Assembly (NCBI GenBank): GCA_016218585.1
Contig: JACRDK010000013.1
Coordinates: forward strand, 1 to 62,402
Direction of reading: 5' to 3'
From: Candidatus Doudnabacteria bacterium
GTDB lineage: Bacteria > Patescibacteriota > Doudnabacteria > UBA920
DNA: 62,402 nucleotides
The notes beneath the pieces are model-generated. The model saw only the letters and a list, made by a program, of their open reading frames with translations. It did not search any database and was not told where the DNA came from. This document shows, piece by piece, positions 44,751-53,938 of the stretch; within the stretch, counting starts at the first letter, position 1; each line of letters opens with the position of its first letter. The position numbers and the translations under genes are program-made.

Positions 44751-45322
44751 ATATGGTCATGCTCAAAAGGCATGCTTTAACAACTGAATATATTGTCTCT
44801 ATGTTTTTACAGGAAAGCATACGGATAATTTGTCCTCACGCTAATCTTCATTGGTATTGCACAGTTTAGAATCTGACACATATTTATAAGAGATTTCGTT
44901 GCTTACACATTACTTGGTGGAGATTCGTGTGAGGATAAAGTTCATAGCATACATATTATCGGAGTAATCCGCGTCTATCTGTGTGTCTGTGATTTTTTAC
45001 ATGCTCCTGATTTCGGGAATACCGGATTGGGGGCGCGAAAAAGCCGTATACTGCATACAAGAATAATTTTTACATTGATTCTCCTGTATTGAGTTTACGG
45101 TTTTTTCATTTCACAAATATTTTTTTAGAGATTGAAATAGTGCTATAATTCTTTTTAGCATTGTGGGCCTTAGGAGGGCAAAACTTTTTTTCCCGAGCTT
45201 ATCGGGATAGGCCTCTGTCCTTAAGACCCGCAGTATTAGAAAGAATTTTTTTGTGCCAACGTTTTTGCCAAAAAGCTTTTTTGGTGGAGATGTTTGCAAA
45301 AAAGGCTCAAGGAGGGCTAAGA

Positions 45323-45439
45323 GATGAACGGTTGGTTTTTTAAAGGAGCAAGAGAAGCTGTGGTCTACAGCTTACTGGCACTGATGGCCTGCATGGCAGG
45401 GTATGCCAGCGGGACTGAAGCTCAGGCGTGGTGGCATAA
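45323..45439 (+). CDS. Small ORF 1 (38 aa), lipobox-like hydrophobic peptide
   Basis: SD aggagg 8 nt upstream. Sequence MNGWFFKGAREAVVYSLLALMACMAGYASGTEASGVVA. Not in the ORF track (under 60 aa). Confidence 0.45.
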
Positions 45440-45481
45440 CAAAAGCATGACCACCAAGCACATCACCCCGGAGAGCACGCG

Positions 45482-45631
45482 ATGAAGGAACTCTGGGATG
45501 ATATTGTCTGGAGCTGGGAGGGCAAGAGCCCTGCCAGTAAAATGATCTTCAAGATATTTTTCGGCTTTATCGCTATGACGATAATCTCAATCGTCTCATC
45601 GTTGATAGCGAAACACGCCAACCAACTGTAG
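45482..45631 (+). CDS. Small ORF 2 (49 aa), single-TM peptide
   Basis: MKELWDDIVWSWEGKSPASKMIFKIFFGFIAMTIISIVSSLIAKHANQL, followed by the hairpin agggcggc..gccgccct. Confidence 0.45.
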   Translation: MKELWDDIVWSWEGKSPASKMIFKIFFGFIAMTIISIVSSLIAKHANQL

Positions 45632-45836
45632 TCGGAAAGGGCGGCACCACAAAACGCCGCCCTGTCCAAATTCTAATTTAACATTTACTGCTTTGCGCCT
45701 AAAATATTTTGGGCTTAAAGTGGTGGATGTAAATCCACAATTCCTGAAAGCCTCCCCCGAGACATGAAGGAATGTTTGCCGGCTAGAGTACAAGCCGGCG
45801 AATAACAACATCAAACCCTTTTAAAGGAGGGGTAAG

Positions 45837-46019
45837 ATGGTTGAATCAATTAAAGCGCCTAACGGCGCCGAAGGGCACTTGGTTGCCCCAAACCATTTTG
45901 TTGAAAGCATGGCCCCGCCTGAGCGGGGTCGGTGGTCCGCGGGACAGATTTTCGTCGCCGGCTTGATGGCGGTCTTGTTTTTGGGCACTTTGGTGCTCAT
46001 GTATATCAAACGCGGATAG
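45837..46019 (+). CDS. Small ORF 3 (60 aa), C-terminal TM plus basic tail
   Basis: Strong SD aaaggagg 7 nt before the ATG. The sequence ends ...GQIFVAGLMAVLFLGTLVLMYIKRG. Confidence 0.6.
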   Translation: MVESIKAPNGAEGHLVAPNHFVESMAPPERGRWSAGQIFVAGLMAVLFLGTLVLMYIKRG

Positions 46020-46158
46020 CACTCGGGCGCAAGGTCGTCGCAGCAACTGCCGACCTTTCGCCCTCCCAAATTTGCCAATCTGTTTTGTATTATGAGTTTA
46101 TAATTCTTAATTCATTATTCATAATACTACATTCGCAGGTTGTCAGGTTTGGGGCACA

Positions 46159-46278
46159 ATGGAGAAATTTATTATCTCTCTCACGGTCACCATTTTGGTG
46201 GCCGTCGGCATTCACTTGTCCGAGTCCTACCGGCGGTCCTTTGATCGTTCGTTGGAGAAGGAGAAAAAGAATGAGTGA
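46159..46278 (+). CDS. Small ORF 4 (39 aa), N-terminal TM peptide
   Basis: MEKFIISLTVTILVAVGIHLSESYRRSFDRSLEKEKKNE. It overlaps ORF 5 by 8 nt, so translational coupling is plausible. Confidence 0.45.
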   Translation: MEKFIISLTVTILVAVGIHLSESYRRSFDRSLEKEKKNE

Positions 46279-46513
46279 GTTCATTTGTATCGCCTTCGCC
46301 ATGGTGCTGGTTTCAATTTTAATCATGGCGCTGATTGATCTGGAGTTTTTGGTTGAGGTGATTAGGGACAGCCCCATCACCAAAACCATTACTACCGTAG
46401 TGATGGGGCTGATAGCGGTTGCTGCCGTTTGCATTTCATACTGGTGGCATAGCTTCAGCTGGCCAATGGAAACCTGGGCGAGAATGATGTCGCCCAGAAG
46501 AAAAGGAGGATAA
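46271..46513 (+). CDS. Small ORF 5 (80 aa), two-TM protein
   Basis: ATG 46271 is preceded by gagaaggag. Sequence MSEFICIAFAMVLVSILIMALI...VVMGLIAVAAVCISYWW. It is the only hydrophobic, plausible part of track ORF 45932-46513. Confidence 0.55.
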   Translation: MSEFICIAFAMVLVSILIMALIDLEFLVEVIRDSPITKTITTVVMGLIAVAAVCISYWWHSFSWPMETWARMMSPRRKGG

Positions 46514-46834
46514 AAATAGTACAGGATTTTCTGTATTATCTCAACAGCCTACCTGCGTGGCTTAGGCTTTCGTTGGTAGTGGGCCTCATGCCGGGCCTTT
46601 GTCTTGTCGCTGTTGTAATTTTGGCATCCCGCCACGGGCGTCACTAGCATCCCAATCGGATGCGCGACGCCCACACACCTTAGTTTATAAATATTTTGTA
46701 AATTAAGGTGCGAGGACAAAATTTTCTTTTGCGGCCCGTTTAGCGGTTAAGCGAACAAAAAATTATTGAAAAATACTTTTTTATTCGTTTTCCTGTAACT
46801 GCTAAGCGGACTGAAGAAGGAAATTTTTTTTTGC

Positions 46835-46881
46835 AAACAAAAACCGCGCAGGTCTACCAATGGTAGATTGTTCCCACGCGG
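46835..46881 (-). terminator. Rho-independent terminator after the CPBP pair
   Basis: The minus strand reads ccgcg..tctaccattggtaga..cgcgg followed by tttttgttt. Confidence 0.7.
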
Positions 46882-46885
46882 CGGG

Positions 46886-47560
46886 CTACGAAGAGCCCAA
46901 AATAATGTTAATAAAACCAATGCCTGCTCGAATGACCCATCTGGGCCAAAACGTAGCGATGGCTGCTCCGATTAGGCCATGTGCCAGGCCAAGAGCATAG
47001 AGGTTTCTTTGTCTGTTGAAGATGTAAGCGCTCATCCAACCTGCGGCCAGCGTAATGAACATCAACGCCGGGTTGGGCAGGTGAGAGGCGCAAAATATTA
47101 ACGCAACTACTCTTTCCGCTTTTCTTGGACAGACTTTTTGCAGTCGGACAAAGACGTAAGACTGCATTAAGAGCTGCTGAAGGAATGCGCTAAAAATGTA
47201 GCTGTTTTTGTTGGCGGGAAAAAACTCCGATCCTGGTGTGTCGTTCGCATTGCCTGTAAATACTCCCGTTAACCAGATGAGCGAAATAATAATCAGGACT
47301 GGTTCGCTCATCCATAGGCTTCCTTTGGAGTTTTTGAAACGTAAGCCCATCTCTGTGAGAGAGGTTTTGTCCCAAAGCGTAGTCAATATCAACCACGCTG
47401 CCCCGAGGAGAATTATTCTTCCGCGAGAATTGCGGTGAGTCCATAGACCTATCTGAACCAAAACACTTGTCACCACAATTTCGGTCCATGTCCACCAAAC
47501 CGGAGGGCTGTTGTTGGGCCAGGGGATGTGGAGTTCCAGGTGTTCAATTTTGATTGTCAT
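46886..47560 (-). CDS. CPBP/Abi-like membrane protein with degenerate catalytic motif 1
   Basis: Start at ATG 47560 (SD ggag, 11 nt after the upstream stop). FLQQLLMQ replaces EExxxR. FCASHLPN and LAHGLIG resemble the FxxxH and HxxxN motifs. Confidence 0.6.
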   Translation of the reverse strand: MTIKIEHLELHIPWPNNSPPVWWTWTEIVVTSVLVQIGLWTHRNSRGRIILLGAAWLILTTLWDKTSLTEMGLRFKNSKGSLWMSEPVLIIISLIWLTGVFTGNANDTPGSEFFPANKNSYIFSAFLQQLLMQSYVFVRLQKVCPRKAERVVALIFCASHLPNPALMFITLAAGWMSAYIFNRQRNLYALGLAHGLIGAAIATFWPRWVIRAGIGFINIILGSS

Positions 47561-47571
47561 TCTCTTCTCCG

Positions 47572-48525
47572 TTACAGGAAGAACGTGTGCCAAATGCTGT
47601 CCACAAGCGCGTGGAGAAGCACCGCGTAGAGAATGCTTCTGGAGTGCCGGAAAACTTGACCGTAGGCCAGACCGGCTATGGTCGCAAAGCCCGCATAAGT
47701 CCAGTTCCAATCCCAGATTGCGAGTCCGCGTGCCCCGTTGTTGAGGTGGGCTAAGCCAAACAAGATACTGGCGAAAAACCAGGCAAGGTTTGGGCGGTTG
47801 AGGGTTTTTTCCAAAAAGTTTTGGATTATACCCCTAAACATAAACTCTTCCGATATACCAATCGTGATGTAAATCTTGATTAGATACCAGAGGAATTTCC
47901 AAGTTGCCAGGTGTTTCCAAATTACTGACGGCAGGCTGGATTGTGCCAGCTCTTGGCGCCAGAAGTCGCGGGGAACGAGAAAGCCGGAGGCGAAACCTAA
48001 AGGCAGCAGGAGAATCAGCAGCACTGACAATCCGGCAAACACTTTGGCGAAATCTTTCCAGCTAAATTTCAGGACCATCTTTGTCCCCTCGATGCGCCTG
48101 AGGCACACCCAGAAGGCAAGTCCGATTAATACGCCGGAGATGGCTGTAAGCGGCCAGTCCAAAGCATCCTTGATGCGGTGTTCCCGGCGGCCAATAAGAT
48201 GCAAGTCAAAGGGGAGCCAAAGCATTGCAATTGCGACCCAGTCCAGCCAGGTAATCCTTTCTCCCTGGTTTTTTATTTGCCAAAGCACAAGGCTCGGCAC
48301 GCCTAGGTACGCGAATATTTGCAATGAGATTGACCAGTCGATGCCGCCGCTGAATTTGCTGTAGAACAGAAATCCTGCCCCGAGAACAGCGGTGAGACAC
48401 AGGGCAATGTAAGGCTGCTTGTCGCAAGCCTTGCGCCCCGCTGCTTGGCCGCGCCTTGTTAGTAGTGTAATAAGGGTCCCGTAGTAAGCGAGGACCATCA
48501 CAATCAACAACCATGTTGGATTCAT
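47572..48525 (-). CDS. CPBP family intramembrane metalloprotease (CAAX protease / Abi)
   Basis: 317 aa, polytopic, SD gaaggagg. Motifs are SEEFMFRG (EExxxR), FGLAHL (FxxxH) and LLHALVD (HxxxD/N). Confidence 0.85.
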   Translation of the reverse strand: MNPTWLLIVMVLAYYGTLITLLTRRGQAAGRKACDKQPYIALCLTAVLGAGFLFYSKFSGGIDWSISLQIFAYLGVPSLVLWQIKNQGERITWLDWVAIAMLWLPFDLHLIGRREHRIKDALDWPLTAISGVLIGLAFWVCLRRIEGTKMVLKFSWKDFAKVFAGLSVLLILLLPLGFASGFLVPRDFWRQELAQSSLPSVIWKHLATWKFLWYLIKIYITIGISEEFMFRGIIQNFLEKTLNRPNLAWFFASILFGLAHLNNGARGLAIWDWNWTYAGFATIAGLAYGQVFRHSRSILYAVLLHALVDSIWHTFFL

Positions 48526-48555
48526 CTTCTCATCCTCCTTCGTGGATGATTGCTT

Positions 48556-48584
48556 ATTTTAACACCGGGCAAATTAACAGTCAA
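48556..48584 (-). promoter_or_regulatory. Promoter for the CPBP operon (TTGACT-17-TAAAAT, TG-extended)
   Basis: Read on the minus strand; divergent from the rpmF promoter. Confidence 0.55.
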
Positions 48585-48595
48585 AGAACAGGTAT

Positions 48596-48624
48596 TTGAC
48601 GAAAAAGCCTTTATTAGCTATAAT
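48596..48624 (+). promoter_or_regulatory. rpmF promoter (TTGACG-17-TATAAT)
   Basis: Near-consensus hexamers 60 nt upstream of rpmF. Confidence 0.65.
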
Positions 48625-48684
48625 AAACAAAGTTTTTGATGCAATACATCTTAACTCCTAAATCTTAAATCCTAAATTACTACT

Positions 48685-48855
48685 ATGGGCGTTCCCAAAA
48701 AGCACAAAACTAGAAGCGGCCGTGATCAGCGCCGCAGCCACCATGCCTTAAAGAAAACCTCTTTTGCAACTTGCAAAAACTGCGGTGCAGCAACTATGCC
48801 ACACTTGCCGTGCAAAAACTGCGGATACTACAAAGGCAGAAAAGTAACCAAATAA
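48685..48855 (+). CDS. rpmF: 50S ribosomal protein L32
   Basis: 56 aa, hand translated: MGVPKKHKTRSGRDQRRSHHALKK..CKNCG..CKNCGYYKGRKV. Missing from the ORF track (under 60 aa). Confidence 0.9.
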   Translation: MGVPKKHKTRSGRDQRRSHHALKKTSFATCKNCGAATMPHLPCKNCGYYKGRKVTK

Positions 48856-48972
48856 ACTTGAATCATGAATTTTGAATCAGGAATTATGGTCTAAAACTCT
48901 CTTAACCTGAATTTCAGGCAGGGAGTTTTTGTTTCTCTTAATTCTTAATTCCGCATACTTAATTCTTATTTT

Positions 48973-49473
48973 ATGGCCAATCGACATCTTTCCAGAACTA
49001 TCGCAATGCAGTCTTTGTTTGAATGGGATTTCAACGAGCGCAAAGATGATTTAGAAGAAATTTTAAAAAACCATATTCAGGAATTTGGCGGCGAGGTGGA
49101 AGAAACTGCTTTTATATATGAACTGGCCAGGGGAGTGCAAACTAATCTTGATGCTATTGATCAAATAATTACCAAACACGCGCCGGAATGGCCAATGGAA
49201 CAGATTCCGCCGGTAGACAGAAATGTTTTGCGGTTGGGCGTTTATGAGCTTATGTTTTTAAAGCAAGTTCCGCCCAAGGTTGCTATAAATGAGGCGGTGG
49301 AATTAGGAAAGACCTTTGGCGGAGAGTCTTCGGGAAAATTTGTTAACGGAGTTTTAGGAACTCTGTATAAGGAGCTGGATCCAGACGACGCTGAAGAGAT
49401 TCAAAATACCAGCGACCCGCAAGAAGGCCAGGAAAAAACAGAAGAAGAAAATTTAAAACCGGTTAAGGAATAG
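48973..49473 (+). CDS. nusB: Transcription antitermination factor NusB
   Basis: 166 aa with [13 protein letters not shown].., [22 protein letters not shown] and an acidic C-terminal extension. Confidence 0.9.
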   Translation: MANRHLSRTIAMQSLFEWDFNERKDDLEEILKNHIQEFGGEVEETAFIYELARGVQTNLDAIDQIITKHAPEWPMEQIPPVDRNVLRLGVYELMFLKQVPPKVAINEAVELGKTFGGESSGKFVNGVLGTLYKELDPDDAEEIQNTSDPQEGQEKTEEENLKPVKE

Positions 49474-49506
49474 CATTCCTCAAACCGGTTTTTTATTTAA
49501 ATAAAA

Positions 49507-49542
49507 CTGGTCAAAATTGGACGATCGTCCAATTTTGACCAG
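49507..49542. repeat. 36-bp perfect palindrome P1
   Basis: ctggtcaaaattggacga|tcgtccaattttgaccag. Confidence 0.95.
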
Positions 49543-49568
49543 AAACAAAAATATAAAATTATCGTATT

Positions 49569-50132
49569 GTGAAAGAGCGATTAAAAAATAAAAAGCAATT
49601 TTCTTACCAGGCAAAAATTTTACTTTGGTTGTTTACGGCTTTTGATTTTTTGCCAAAACCATTTGAGCATAAAACCGCTTACTTTAAAAGACAATTCAAT
49701 GGCAAAATCTCTTATTATGCTTATTTTTCTGCACTGCGAAGGCTTGAGGAAAAGGGTTTAATAAAAATTTACAAACAGAATGGCCATCAGTTTTTACAGC
49801 TTACTAAAGCTGGTAGCTTGGAGTCCTTGTTCTTGAAAGCACAAATTGCTAAAAAAACTGCATGGGATGGAAAATGGCGGATGTTGGTTTTTGATATACC
49901 AGAGGGAGCTAGAGAGTACAGAAGTAAGATAAGATTTTTATTGAAAGTTAATGGCTTTAAGCAGGTGCAAAAAAGTGTATATATTAACCCCTATCCCTTG
50001 GACGGGAGTGCTGTTAGTTACTTGCATCAGTCTGGCCTAGATAAATATATAAGGTTATTTAGAATTGATGAAACTGACAGTAATTCAGAGTTTAAAAAAT
50101 TATTCGGTTTATCTAATAACTGGTCAAAATAA
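49569..50132 (+). CDS. PaaX-like regulator (winged helix plus Cas2-like ferredoxin-fold domain)
   Basis: 187 aa. WDGKWRMLVFDIPEGAREYRSKIRFLLKVNGFKQVQKSVYINP matches the PaaX C-domain / Cas2-like pattern. The N-terminal part is wHTH-like (LRRLEEKGLI). GTG start. Confidence 0.7.
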   Translation: MKERLKNKKQFSYQAKILLWLFTAFDFLPKPFEHKTAYFKRQFNGKISYYAYFSALRRLEEKGLIKIYKQNGHQFLQLTKAGSLESLFLKAQIAKKTAWDGKWRMLVFDIPEGAREYRSKIRFLLKVNGFKQVQKSVYINPYPLDGSAVSYLHQSGLDKYIRLFRIDETDSNSEFKKLFGLSNNWSK

Positions 50133-50157
50133 GACGATCGTCTTATTTTGACCAGTT
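50118..50157. repeat. 40-bp perfect palindrome P2
   Basis: aactggtcaaaataagacga|tcgtcttattttgaccagtt. Its left arm encodes the last 5 codons of the PaaX-like gene. Confidence 0.95.
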
Positions 50158-50187
50158 TAATAAATTTAAAATTAAATTAAGAAAAAT

Positions 50188-52455
50188 ATGTTCGAGAGAA
50201 TAAAGGGGTTTGTTTGCGCCTTGTTGGTTATAACAGGGTGCTGGTTTGTTGCGTCCAGCGCCAAAGCGGAAGGCGAGCCAAACCATATTGTTATTAGCCA
50301 AGTTCAAATAGAAGGCGATGCGGCAAATGATGAGTTTGTAGAAATTTATAACCCAACAGACGGCTGTATAACTTTAGATGGCTGGTCATTACAGTATAAA
50401 TCGAGCAGCGGAAATTTCCCCTTAACGACCGCAAACAGAAAAAATATTCCCAAAGTTATTATGCCCGCGCATACTTATTATTTAATTGGCGGATCGTTAT
50501 ATAACGGCGCAGCTTTGGCAGATGCGACTAATACTAATTTTTCTTTATCCGGCAGCGCGGCTGGAGCAACTATATTTTTGGTTTCCAGCAGCGCGGCTGT
50601 CGCTGCTGCTGACGATATTTCGGTTGTTGATAAATTTGGCTATGGCACCTCTGCCGACAGCGCTCTTTTGGTTCCTACAACATCGGAAAAGCCCGCCGTT
50701 GACTGGGCTTTTATGAGAACCTTTTATACAAACAATAATTTAGGCGATTTTCAAGTAGGTATTTCAGACCCAAGAAATTTTTTAGCCTCAGCCGCCGGTT
50801 TAAGCTGTAATCCGCCGCCAAGTGATGGCCAAAATAACGATGCGAGTACGACGCCTGAAAATGTTGGAGGCAGTAATTCAACAACAACTTCCAGCACTAT
50901 AAAAAGTTTGCTGGTAAAAATATACAAGTTTTTGCCAAACCCGGCAGGGGAAGACGTGGGTAGCGAGTGGGTGGAAATAAAAAATTTAGACAGCCAGGAA
51001 ATTAACCTCGACGGCTGGCTGTTGGACGACAAAAATAGCGGAACCGGGCCTGCCGCCGACGCCCTGGCTTTGTCGGGTAATATAGCAGCAGGCGAAATCA
51101 AACGCTTTGTTTTGCCCTTAGAAGCTTTTGCTTTAAATAATAGCGGCGGCGATGAAGTTAATTTATATTTTAGCGATAAAACCTTGGCGGACACCGCGGC
51201 TTATTCGGTTGTGGCATACGACGATGGAGTTTTTGAATTTCGGGACAATATTTGGCAACCGCCGACAATTAGTTCCGGGAGCAGCGGCTCGTCCGGGTCT
51301 TCCTCTTCGGGGTCCGCGGTTTCTTATTTAGGTTCGTCTAATTTTAAAATAAATGAAGTGTTTGCAAATCCGGCAGGGGATGACGCGGGCAGCGAGTGGG
51401 TGGAAATTTATAATTCCTCATCCGCGACAAGCAGTTTAAACAGCTATTATTTGGCGGATGGCGATTCAGAAAGCTGGACTTCTTCGGCTTATGCTATTTC
51501 CGCAGCAACCTCCGTGCCGCCAACAAATTATTTTGTTGTGTTGTTGCCAAAAGATTCTTTAAGCTTAAATAATACCGGCAAGGAGAAAGTTAAACTGTTT
51601 AATCCGCAGAAGCAGTTGATTGATATAGTTGAATATTCAGATTCGCCGGAAAATCGTTCTTGGGCAAAAGACCAAAATGGGAAATGGTTATTTGGCTTAC
51701 CTACAAAAGGTATAAATAATAATCTGCCGCCCCCACAAGCGCAGGTGGTAATTAGCGAAATTTTGCCGGCTCCAACCGGCGATCAGGATGAGTTTGTTGA
51801 GCTATATAACGCAGCCACAACAACAACGGATTTGAGCGGCTTTGTTTTAAAAATTGGCACCAGGGAAAAAGTAATGGCTCCCGGGACTCAATTGTCGCCT
51901 AATGCTTTTTTGGTTATATTGGCGGATGATTTGCCCGTGGCTTTAAGAAACGCCGGACAAGATTTGTCGTTATATGATGCATACGGGCGCAATATTTTTT
52001 CAATAAGTTATCCCAAAGCCCAGGCAGGCGAGTCTTATGCCAGAAGCGAAGCAGGGGATTTTTTCTGGACAGGCAGCCAAACCCCGGGAGAAACTAACCA
52101 GATAGTTTTGGCAGCTAGCGATGTTGTTTCCGCTAAGTTGTCTGCAGAAAACGTTAAAACCACGGTGACGGCCAAAAGCTTTAGTGAATACAATAAACTG
52201 GCAAAAGAAAATAAAAGCCTGTCCGACAGAGTTGTGGCTTTGGAATCCCAGATCGGAGAGCTGGCTTTGGCTATAACTAATCGGCAAGAATCACCGGGGG
52301 TTGAACAAAATGAACCAGTCAACAACGAACAAGTGCCGGCTGCACCAAAATCTCCCTTAAGTTCGTATAAATATTTAGTTTTAGCCATTTTGGCGTTGGT
52401 TTTTTTAATAGTATTAATAAAAAAATATTTATTTTCCCCAAACAGCAAAGTTTAG
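50188..52455 (+). CDS. Surface protein with four lamin-tail (LTD) domains, coiled coil and a C-terminal TM anchor
   Basis: 755 aa with a signal peptide. The repeated unit is I.EV.ANPAG.D.GSEWVEIYN......L.GW.L.D. There is an SGSSGSSGSSSSGS linker. Confidence 0.8.
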   Translation: MFERIKGFVCALLVITGCWFVASSAKAEGEPNHIVISQVQIEGDAANDEFVEIYNPTDGCITLDGWSLQYKSSSGNFPLTTANRKNIPKVIMPAHTYYLIGGSLYNGAALADATNTNFSLSGSAAGATIFLVSSSAAVAAADDISVVDKFGYGTSADSALLVPTTSEKPAVDWAFMRTFYTNNNLGDFQVGISDPRNFLASAAGLSCNPPPSDGQNNDASTTPENVGGSNSTTTSSTIKSLLVKIYKFLPNPAGEDVGSEWVEIKNLDSQEINLDGWLLDDKNSGTGPAADALALSGNIAAGEIKRFVLPLEAFALNNSGGDEVNLYFSDKTLADTAAYSVVAYDDGVFEFRDNIWQPPTISSGSSGSSGSSSSGSAVSYLGSSNFKINEVFANPAGDDAGSEWVEIYNSSSATSSLNSYYLADGDSESWTSSAYAISAATSVPPTNYFVVLLPKDSLSLNNTGKEKVKLFNPQKQLIDIVEYSDSPENRSWAKDQNGKWLFGLPTKGINNNLPPPQAQVVISEILPAPTGDQDEFVELYNAATTTTDLSGFVLKIGTREKVMAPGTQLSPNAFLVILADDLPVALRNAGQDLSLYDAYGRNIFSISYPKAQAGESYARSEAGDFFWTGSQTPGETNQIVLAASDVVSAKLSAENVKTTVTAKSFSEYNKLAKENKSLSDRVVALESQIGELALAITNRQESPGVEQNEPVNNEQVPAAPKSPLSSYKYLVLAILALVFLIVLIKKYLFSPNSKV

Positions 52456-52578
52456 CCAAGAATGTGGCTAATTTTGCATAAATAGGCTATAATAGTACTA
52501 CTGAGGCCTGCTCAATTTGGGCAGGTTTCGAATACCGCAACTCAGGTTAAAAATTAATTGAAAAAAAGGAGAAAATTT

Positions 52579-52863
52579 ATGAATAAGCTACAACTCACGG
52601 AACAATTAGCAGCCAAGCTAAGCATTACTCATAGCGAAGCCGAGCGTTTTTTAAACACATTTATTCAAATGGTTTATGAACAGCTCAGAAGCGGGGATAA
52701 AGTAAATATTTCCGGTTTCGGGCAATTTAGTGTTTCGCACCGCGCTCCGCGCATTGGCGTAAACCCAAGAAATCCAAGCCAGAAAATTACTATTCCAGAG
52801 TTAAATACTCCAAAGTTCAAGGCCGGTGAAGCCTTTAAGGAAGCAATTAAGTTAAGGCCATAA
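52579..52863 (+). CDS. hup: HU family DNA-binding protein
   Basis: ATG 52579 follows aaggag. Sequence MNKLQLTEQLA...GFGQFSVSHRAPRIGVNPRNPSQKITIP..PKFKAG. Confidence 0.93.
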   Translation: MNKLQLTEQLAAKLSITHSEAERFLNTFIQMVYEQLRSGDKVNISGFGQFSVSHRAPRIGVNPRNPSQKITIPELNTPKFKAGEAFKEAIKLRP

Positions 52864-52967
52864 GGCAGATATGGTATAATAAAATCTACAACTGCCCGCA
52901 AGGCAATGTAAAATTAAAAGCCCCTTCTAGAGAGGGGCTTTTATGTTTGAGGAAATTTTACTTTTAG

Positions 52968-53756
52968 TTATTGCGCTGAAGAGGTGTTAATTTTGGACTG
53001 TCTTAAGTACTGGAAGAGTAGGAAAGCGTAAACAGTTACTAATGGTGTCCATAAAACCTGAAAAATCAGGCTGGCAATTTTTGTAACCTCTGAAATTTTC
53101 AAGGTTTGAGAAATGGTTCCAAAAACTATTCCTACGGCAATGGCAATAAGAATGCTGATTAACCCAATAAAAAAGCCTTTTTTGAATATTTCGTTTATAT
53201 TTCCTTTCGCGTAGTTTTTGCTTTGGCTTAAGGCTTTCATTCCCGACAAACCCTCGGTAATAACCACATAAAAGGTTTGGCTATACCAAAAGCAGAAAAT
53301 TATGCCAGGGATAGCTAATAAAATAAAGCCACCCAAAATAATTAAATATAGAAGTATTCCGGTGAAAAATAAAGGAAGCACATCGTGAGATGATTCAGAA
53401 TAAAATTTCCCCACAGTTGCCGCAGGGTCTGTAGACATTATGCAGCGAATAGTAGCCGCGAAGGACCAAATTGAAACATATATTATTAAGATGACAAAAA
53501 GCAATCCTAATATCCAGCCGACGACTTCTTCCGGGCCCTGAACAGACTTTAAAAAGTTGGCGCCCTGATTTTGCGCAAAGCTTGGAATGGCAACCACAGC
53601 AATGGTGATTAAGGAAATAAAGAATAAGTTTTTAAACTTAGCTTTATATATTTCTTTTGCTTCGGCTAAAATTTTTGACGCTTTTGGGAACATAAAGACT
53701 GTTGGCTGAATTGTTGGCGCCGGAGCCGGCACTTGAGTGTTTGTTTGTGTTTCCAT
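52968..53756 (-). CDS. Polytopic membrane protein, unknown function
   Basis: 262 aa with about 6 hydrophobic segments. Confidence 0.6.
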   Translation of the reverse strand: METQTNTQVPAPAPTIQPTVFMFPKASKILAEAKEIYKAKFKNLFFISLITIAVVAIPSFAQNQGANFLKSVQGPEEVVGWILGLLFVILIIYVSIWSFAATIRCIMSTDPAATVGKFYSESSHDVLPLFFTGILLYLIILGGFILLAIPGIIFCFWYSQTFYVVITEGLSGMKALSQSKNYAKGNINEIFKKGFFIGLISILIAIAVGIVFGTISQTLKISEVTKIASLIFQVLWTPLVTVYAFLLFQYLRQSKINTSSAQ

Positions 53757-53864
53757 TTTTTTTGAGTTAATTTACTCTTATTATAGCACTTTATTTAAAT
53801 TTCTATTAATTCAGCAGGACTTGATATAGTTACATATTTTTGGTAATATTAGACAAGTAAATTC

Positions 53865-53938
53865 GCGGGATTCGTATAGTGGTAGTACACTAGCCTTCCA
53901 AGCTGGTGGGACGGGTTCGATTCCCGTATCCCGCTCCA
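53865..53938 (+). tRNA. tRNA-Gly (anticodon UCC), CCA encoded
   Basis: Acceptor GCGGGAT/ATCCCGC, anticodon loop CTTCCAA, T arm ACGGG-TTCGATT-CCCGT, then TCCA. Confidence 0.9.

Noticed and set aside
45932-46513. 193-aa ORF from the track
   Set aside because: Its first 113 codons overlap small ORF 3, a spacer and ORF 4, and they read as Arg/Gly-rich nonsense. Only the last 80 codons (from ATG 46271, with an SD) form a coherent two-TM protein.
15802-48525. The G+C-richer islands as assembly chimeras or contaminant contigs
   Set aside because: Not excluded, but considered less likely. Only the coding parts are G+C-rich, while their promoters, leaders and terminators are AT-rich and host-like. 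Both islands are embedded between host genes with intact boundaries. Read-pair validation is still required.
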